Of a stretch of 64,000 nt of DNA, positions 62,720 through 64,000 are shown one piece after another. Numbering within the stretch: the stretch's first letter is position 1; each line of letters opens with the position of its first letter. A model generated the notes under the pieces. That model ran no database searches. It saw nothing but the letters and a program-made list of their open reading frames with translations, and was not told the DNA's origin. This stretch comes from a virus (lineage: Duplodnaviria > Caudoviricetes): the IMG/VR virus record IMGVR_UViG_2636415703_000001, positions 30,143 through 94,142 of that record; one strand, 5' to 3'. The position numbers were made by a program, and so were the translations under genes.

Positions 62720-64000
62720 TTAGAGTACGCGTGCAAGAGGAATATCAGACCAGCGGGTTGTCCATGACGGACTCAGCATCTCCCGTTTCATTTTCCATTC
62801 CGGATTAATTCCCTGTCCGGCGAACCATATGCTACCCAGTCCGGACTGGTTGATCCCGTCCAGCACTTTCATCAGCTGTGCACTGTTGGACCGCGGTTGC
62901 ACATCATCAAAGAGATTCAGCTGGCTGATACCATCTGGAGTGAAGTCATCGAGCATAATTCCCGCTTTCATGTACCGGCGGCCTTCCAGCCATATACGGT
63001 CAAGCGATCTCATAGTTACCCCGATGATGTCCCGGGTATCCTGCGTGGGTACACTGAGCTTTTCGCCAGCGCTGTTGCCGTAAAATACCTCATTGGCTGT
63101 GTGAGGAGATGTACGAATAAAAACACTGATGCGCCTGCAGAACTGGCGTTCGAGTCTTAGCTTTTCAGCCGCTCGCGTTGCATACTGACAAAGCGCCTGC
63201 TGCATGGCCACTTTCGAGGTAATGCGCTCTCCAAATGATCTGGAGCAGCAAATCTGCTGTTTAGCAGGAGGCAGCTCCTCTAACGGGATGCAGGACTCAC
63301 CGTTCAGTTCACGTACGGTTCGCTCCAGTACCACGTTAAAGTTCTTTCGTATAAGGGCCGGGTGAGAACATGCCAGCTGAAGGGCATTATGAATTCCCAT
63401 CAGGTTGAGACGTTTGCCGATGCGCCTGCCAACCCCCCAGATTTCCTCTACAGGCTGTTTTTCCAGAAGAGTGGCGGTTCGCTTCGGATTGCCTGGTGTC
63501 AGTGCCAGTACACCCCTGAACTGCTTCCATTCTTTACTCGCCCATTGGGCTGATTTTGCCAGAGTTTTTGTTGGCCCCATTCCGACGCCGACAGTCAGTC
63601 CCGTGATATTAAGCACGTGCGTTCTCAGGCGGCGGCCAAAATGTTCGAAGTCTTCGCAGCTGTCAATACCTGTGAGGTCAAGAAACATTTCATCAATACT
63701 GTATTGCTCGACGCGGGGCGCGATTTCTTCCAGTGCGGTCATCACGCGCTGGCTGAGGTTATGGTAAAGCCCGTAGTTTGAACTGAAGATAAATACCTCT
63801 TCAGGATAGGGATTATTCTTTAGCTGAAACCACGGTACGCCCATTTTTATGCCGAGCTTTTTAGCTCCTGCGCTGCGAGCAATCACGCAGCCGTCATTAT
63901 TTGAAAGAACCACGACAGGTTTGTCCCGTAAATCCGGACGGAAGAGCATCTCGCAGCTGGCATAGAATGAATTAACGTCAGCAAGTCCAAACATGGCCAT
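62720..64000 (-). CDS. umuC: DNA polymerase V subunit UmuC (possibly hybrid)
   Basis: Full motif set DVNSFY, SNNDGC, YSIDE, SRSFG and MKREMLSP; starts at the window edge. Confidence 0.92.
   Translation of the reverse strand: MAMFGLADVNSFYASCEMLFRPDLRDKPVVVLSNNDGCVIARSAGAKKLGIKMGVPWFQLKNNPYPEEVFIFSSNYGLYHNLSQRVMTALEEIAPRVEQYSIDEMFLDLTGIDSCEDFEHFGRRLRTHVLNITGLTVGVGMGPTKTLAKSAQWASKEWKQFRGVLALTPGNPKRTATLLEKQPVEEIWGVGRRIGKRLNLMGIHNALQLACSHPALIRKNFNVVLERTVRELNGESCIPLEELPPAKQQICCSRSFGERITSKVAMQQALCQYATRAAEKLRLERQFCRRISVFIRTSPHTANEVFYGNSAGEKLSVPTQDTRDIIGVTMRSLDRIWLEGRRYMKAGIMLDDFTPDGISQLNLFDDVQPRSNSAQLMKVLDGINQSGLGSIWFAGQGINPEWKMKREMLSPSWTTRWSDIPLARVL

Noticed and set aside
62671-62736. N-terminal 22 aa of the 365-aa ORF as a real UmuC start
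   Set aside because: Non-homologous sequence from the junction spacer that overlaps the upstream umuC stop; catalytic motif I is missing.

Overview
Most of this window is a P1-like (Punavirus-type) phage-plasmid of an enterobacterium. It carries the P1 head, tail, baseplate and Dar antirestriction genes (pro, ddrB, darA, hdf, lydAB, U/S/R, 16, bplA, pmgA, sit, pmgB, tub, pmgC, bplB, pmgG, 21, 22, 23, PAAR, 5, 6, 24, 7, 25, 26). It also carries repL with an internal origin, a Dcm-Dam fusion (dmt), rdgC, ref, an iteron RepA replicon, HicAB and Phd/RelE-like toxin-antitoxin pairs, LexA-controlled umuDC and two further umuC copies. Gene order is rearranged relative to P1, and no cin, parAB, darB, portal or terminase is visible in the window. 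Six AT-rich single-gene cassettes (nuclease, metalloprotease and HEPN candidates) sit at operon boundaries. The strongest unannotated signals are: (1) a divergent sRNA / 43-aa membrane-peptide pair with a 20-nt antisense seed, a candidate new type I TA system (50465-51089); (2) a C4 antisense-RNA switch controlling a DUF2829/Tad2-like protein instead of icd-ant; (3) a recombinase-less umuC 3'-replacement unit; (4) a probable +1 frameshift upstream of the tape measure gene; (5) a cargo gene flanked by a duplicated dmt 3' end and terminator; (6) a nested alternative-frame ORF in dmt; (7) a seven-copy late-promoter motif. All family calls come from motif recognition and P1 synteny by eye; no database searches were run.
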